Assembly: GCA_044892525.1 (NCBI GenBank)
Contig: CM097888.1
Span: 34,782,001-34,846,000, forward strand
Source: Schmidtea polychroa
Lineage: Eukaryota
DNA length: 64,000 nucleotides
Direction of reading: 5' to 3'
The notes under the pieces are model-generated. The model ran no database searches. It was not told the DNA's origin and saw only the letters and a program-made list of their open reading frames with translations. How positions within the stretch are numbered: position 1 is the first letter of the stretch; every line of letters starts with the position of its first letter. Below, in pieces: positions 62,297 through 64,000 of this stretch. The translations under genes and the position numbers were made by a program.

Positions 62297-63494
62297 GTAC
62301 GTGTTAAGATTTTGTGGTACAATAATTGTAATCGGGGTCATCCATATTTTCATAGTTCTTATTGTACTTGTTTTTTGGATTCGCCTCCTTGCATGCGTAC
62401 AAATAAGTTTCTCCACCGCCACTAAATAAGAATGTATGTTCACAAATTAAAATTAAATAATCCACTTAGAATCCTACAATATTAAAACTTTTTCACACAA
62501 TTCTTTTCAGATTTTAATTATAATTATAATTCAATTTAAAAACCATTGATATCTATTTAGTCACTCGCCATCATTATGTTGATGATATCTAAATAATAAA
62601 AATTGAATAATTATTGTTAAATTAAATAAAATGATTGGGTGGATGTATAAAATAAAAGGTATGTTACTCCATAACCCTGGAAAGTAGGAGCCAGTAGAAG
62701 AAATGAGAAAACAAATGAGAAATGGCAAAGAATTGAAAAAAATCAAATAATGAATAAGGTCATTTTTTATAAAAAGTACAAAGGAAAGAAAGGAAAACAA
62801 AAACAAAGTCGAAATTAAATTTAAAAGAAACTGGATCACCGGGGAAGCAATGAGATGGCGTTACATATCTCGACAGCTGTCAGAAATATTAGAATAATTG
62901 GAGAGGAGCAAACGAAATGTGTGGGAAAATATATTGAAATTGAAGTCAATATCAATAAGTGCCATTAGATAGTGAACTATAAAGGAAATACGACTAGGAT
63001 TGAAACAGCGTTAAAAAGTGAAGAAAGAAATTGAGAGAAACGAAGACATGCTAGAATTTGTAAAAAGAAGAAAACAGAAATTCTAAGAAAAGGAAGAATA
63101 TAAAATAAAAACAAAACCCAACGTCAATTACGAAATTACAGGAAAAGCGATTTAAGAAGTTAAAATTATTGATTAAATTCGAGTCAAAGCCAATAAACTA
63201 ACTAGATCAAATTTACAGATTATTGAAACCAGAAACAGTAGTCAATAAGTTGTGAGTTCCAAGTTGTATTGTAATAAGCACTCAATTTATCATTGTAACA
63301 GATAATTCATTGTGTCGCTGTAAATTGGTAATCAATTGTGTTAATCAATAAAGTTTATATTGTCTGGGGTTCGTTATTATTAATAAAGATGGCACGTTTT
63401 GGAGTCAAATCAATCTAGAGACAAAATGATCAGATTCTGGGATTTGGTCAAAAATTTGTGGTTTCGATTCCGGGTAGAGTCGAGTTTCTTATAT

Positions 63495-63534
63495 GATACT
63501 GATGAGAGTCAAATAAGCTCCAAACTAGCCTACT
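63495..63534 (+). ncRNA. Degenerate hammerhead-like motif
   Basis: CTGATGA-GAG-TCAAATAAG-CTC-CAA-ACTAGC-C. Same architecture as Penelope hammerheads, but with G12 to C and a broken ACTAGT palindrome. Confidence 0.3.
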
Positions 63535-64000
63535 ATTAGAAATTGCATTAAATATTACTTGAAAAATTTTATTTCAAAAATTGTATTTAATATCAATAGT
63601 TAAACAACCTTATTTCAATATTTATTAAAATAATAAAATATAATTATTTTTCCTTCTATTGAATGTGCAACTTAGATTATGGTTTTTCATCGTTCTGATC
63701 TCACTTTTTCTTTTGCCTTTCTTGACAATATTACTGATATTTAATGCTTTTCTTCCGAATTATGTCTAATTCTCTGATAAACTTTATTTAACCCTTTAAT
63801 GCATATGGACTTAAATAAAAGTCCATGAAGAAATGACTCGTAAAACATATCCATGATGATGTGACAAAGCAGAAAATGTGTTGTATATTAAGTATGGGGA
63901 TAGTATAACATGAAGTAACGATATGTAGGACAGATAATCATTTTTTATATAATATTTTATGATTAACATTTGTTTAATTAATGGAAAATTTTGGAAAATT

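Noticed and set aside
62252-62839. Minus-strand ORFs at 62252-62443 and 62561-62839
   Set aside because: They overlap the Angel exon and intron antisense, are low-complexity or hydrophobic by composition, and match no family I recognise.
61961-63534. Functional link between Angel (2',3'-cyclic phosphatase) and hammerhead motifs (which generate 2',3'-cyclic phosphate ends)
   Set aside because: The intact-core motif is 54 kb away and the intronic one is defective; hammerheads are common TE relics, so co-occurrence is expected by chance.

Overview
Very AT-rich, repeat-dominated eukaryotic (animal) genomic DNA from a gapped scaffold. There are eight N-gaps: 5016-5210, 9754-9999, 10982-11277, 22858-23054, 24780-25013, 30267-30436, 35454-35639 and 49477-49710. 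Composition, a 45-bp intron and the transposon mix would fit a flatworm such as a planarian, but that is inference only. Host-gene content is small: the last coding exon of a Di-Ras-like GTPase (- strand, 8968-9651), two exons of an Angel-family CCR4-type phosphatase (+ strand, 61961-62296), and a stop-disrupted fragment of proteasome subunit alpha-6 (- strand, 34747-35121). The rest is mobile DNA. Retroelements: a full-length young Ty3/gypsy LTR element with non-canonical TA...TA ends nested in an older relative, a Penelope-like element with uninterrupted RT + GIY-YIG, and two decayed Penelope relics (one beside an inverted pair of hammerhead-ribozyme motifs). DNA transposons: a Helitron deletion derivative fused to a hAT end, two deleted hAT transposons, several hAT and piggyBac MITEs with clean TIRs/TSDs, a Mutator-like element, and piggyBac and Tigger relics. 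There is no CRISPR, rRNA or supported tRNA gene. I did not find a clearly new multi-gene system; the best leads are the hammerhead pair, the TA...TA LTR element, and a GC-rich hairpin that precedes coding-like fragments at two loci.
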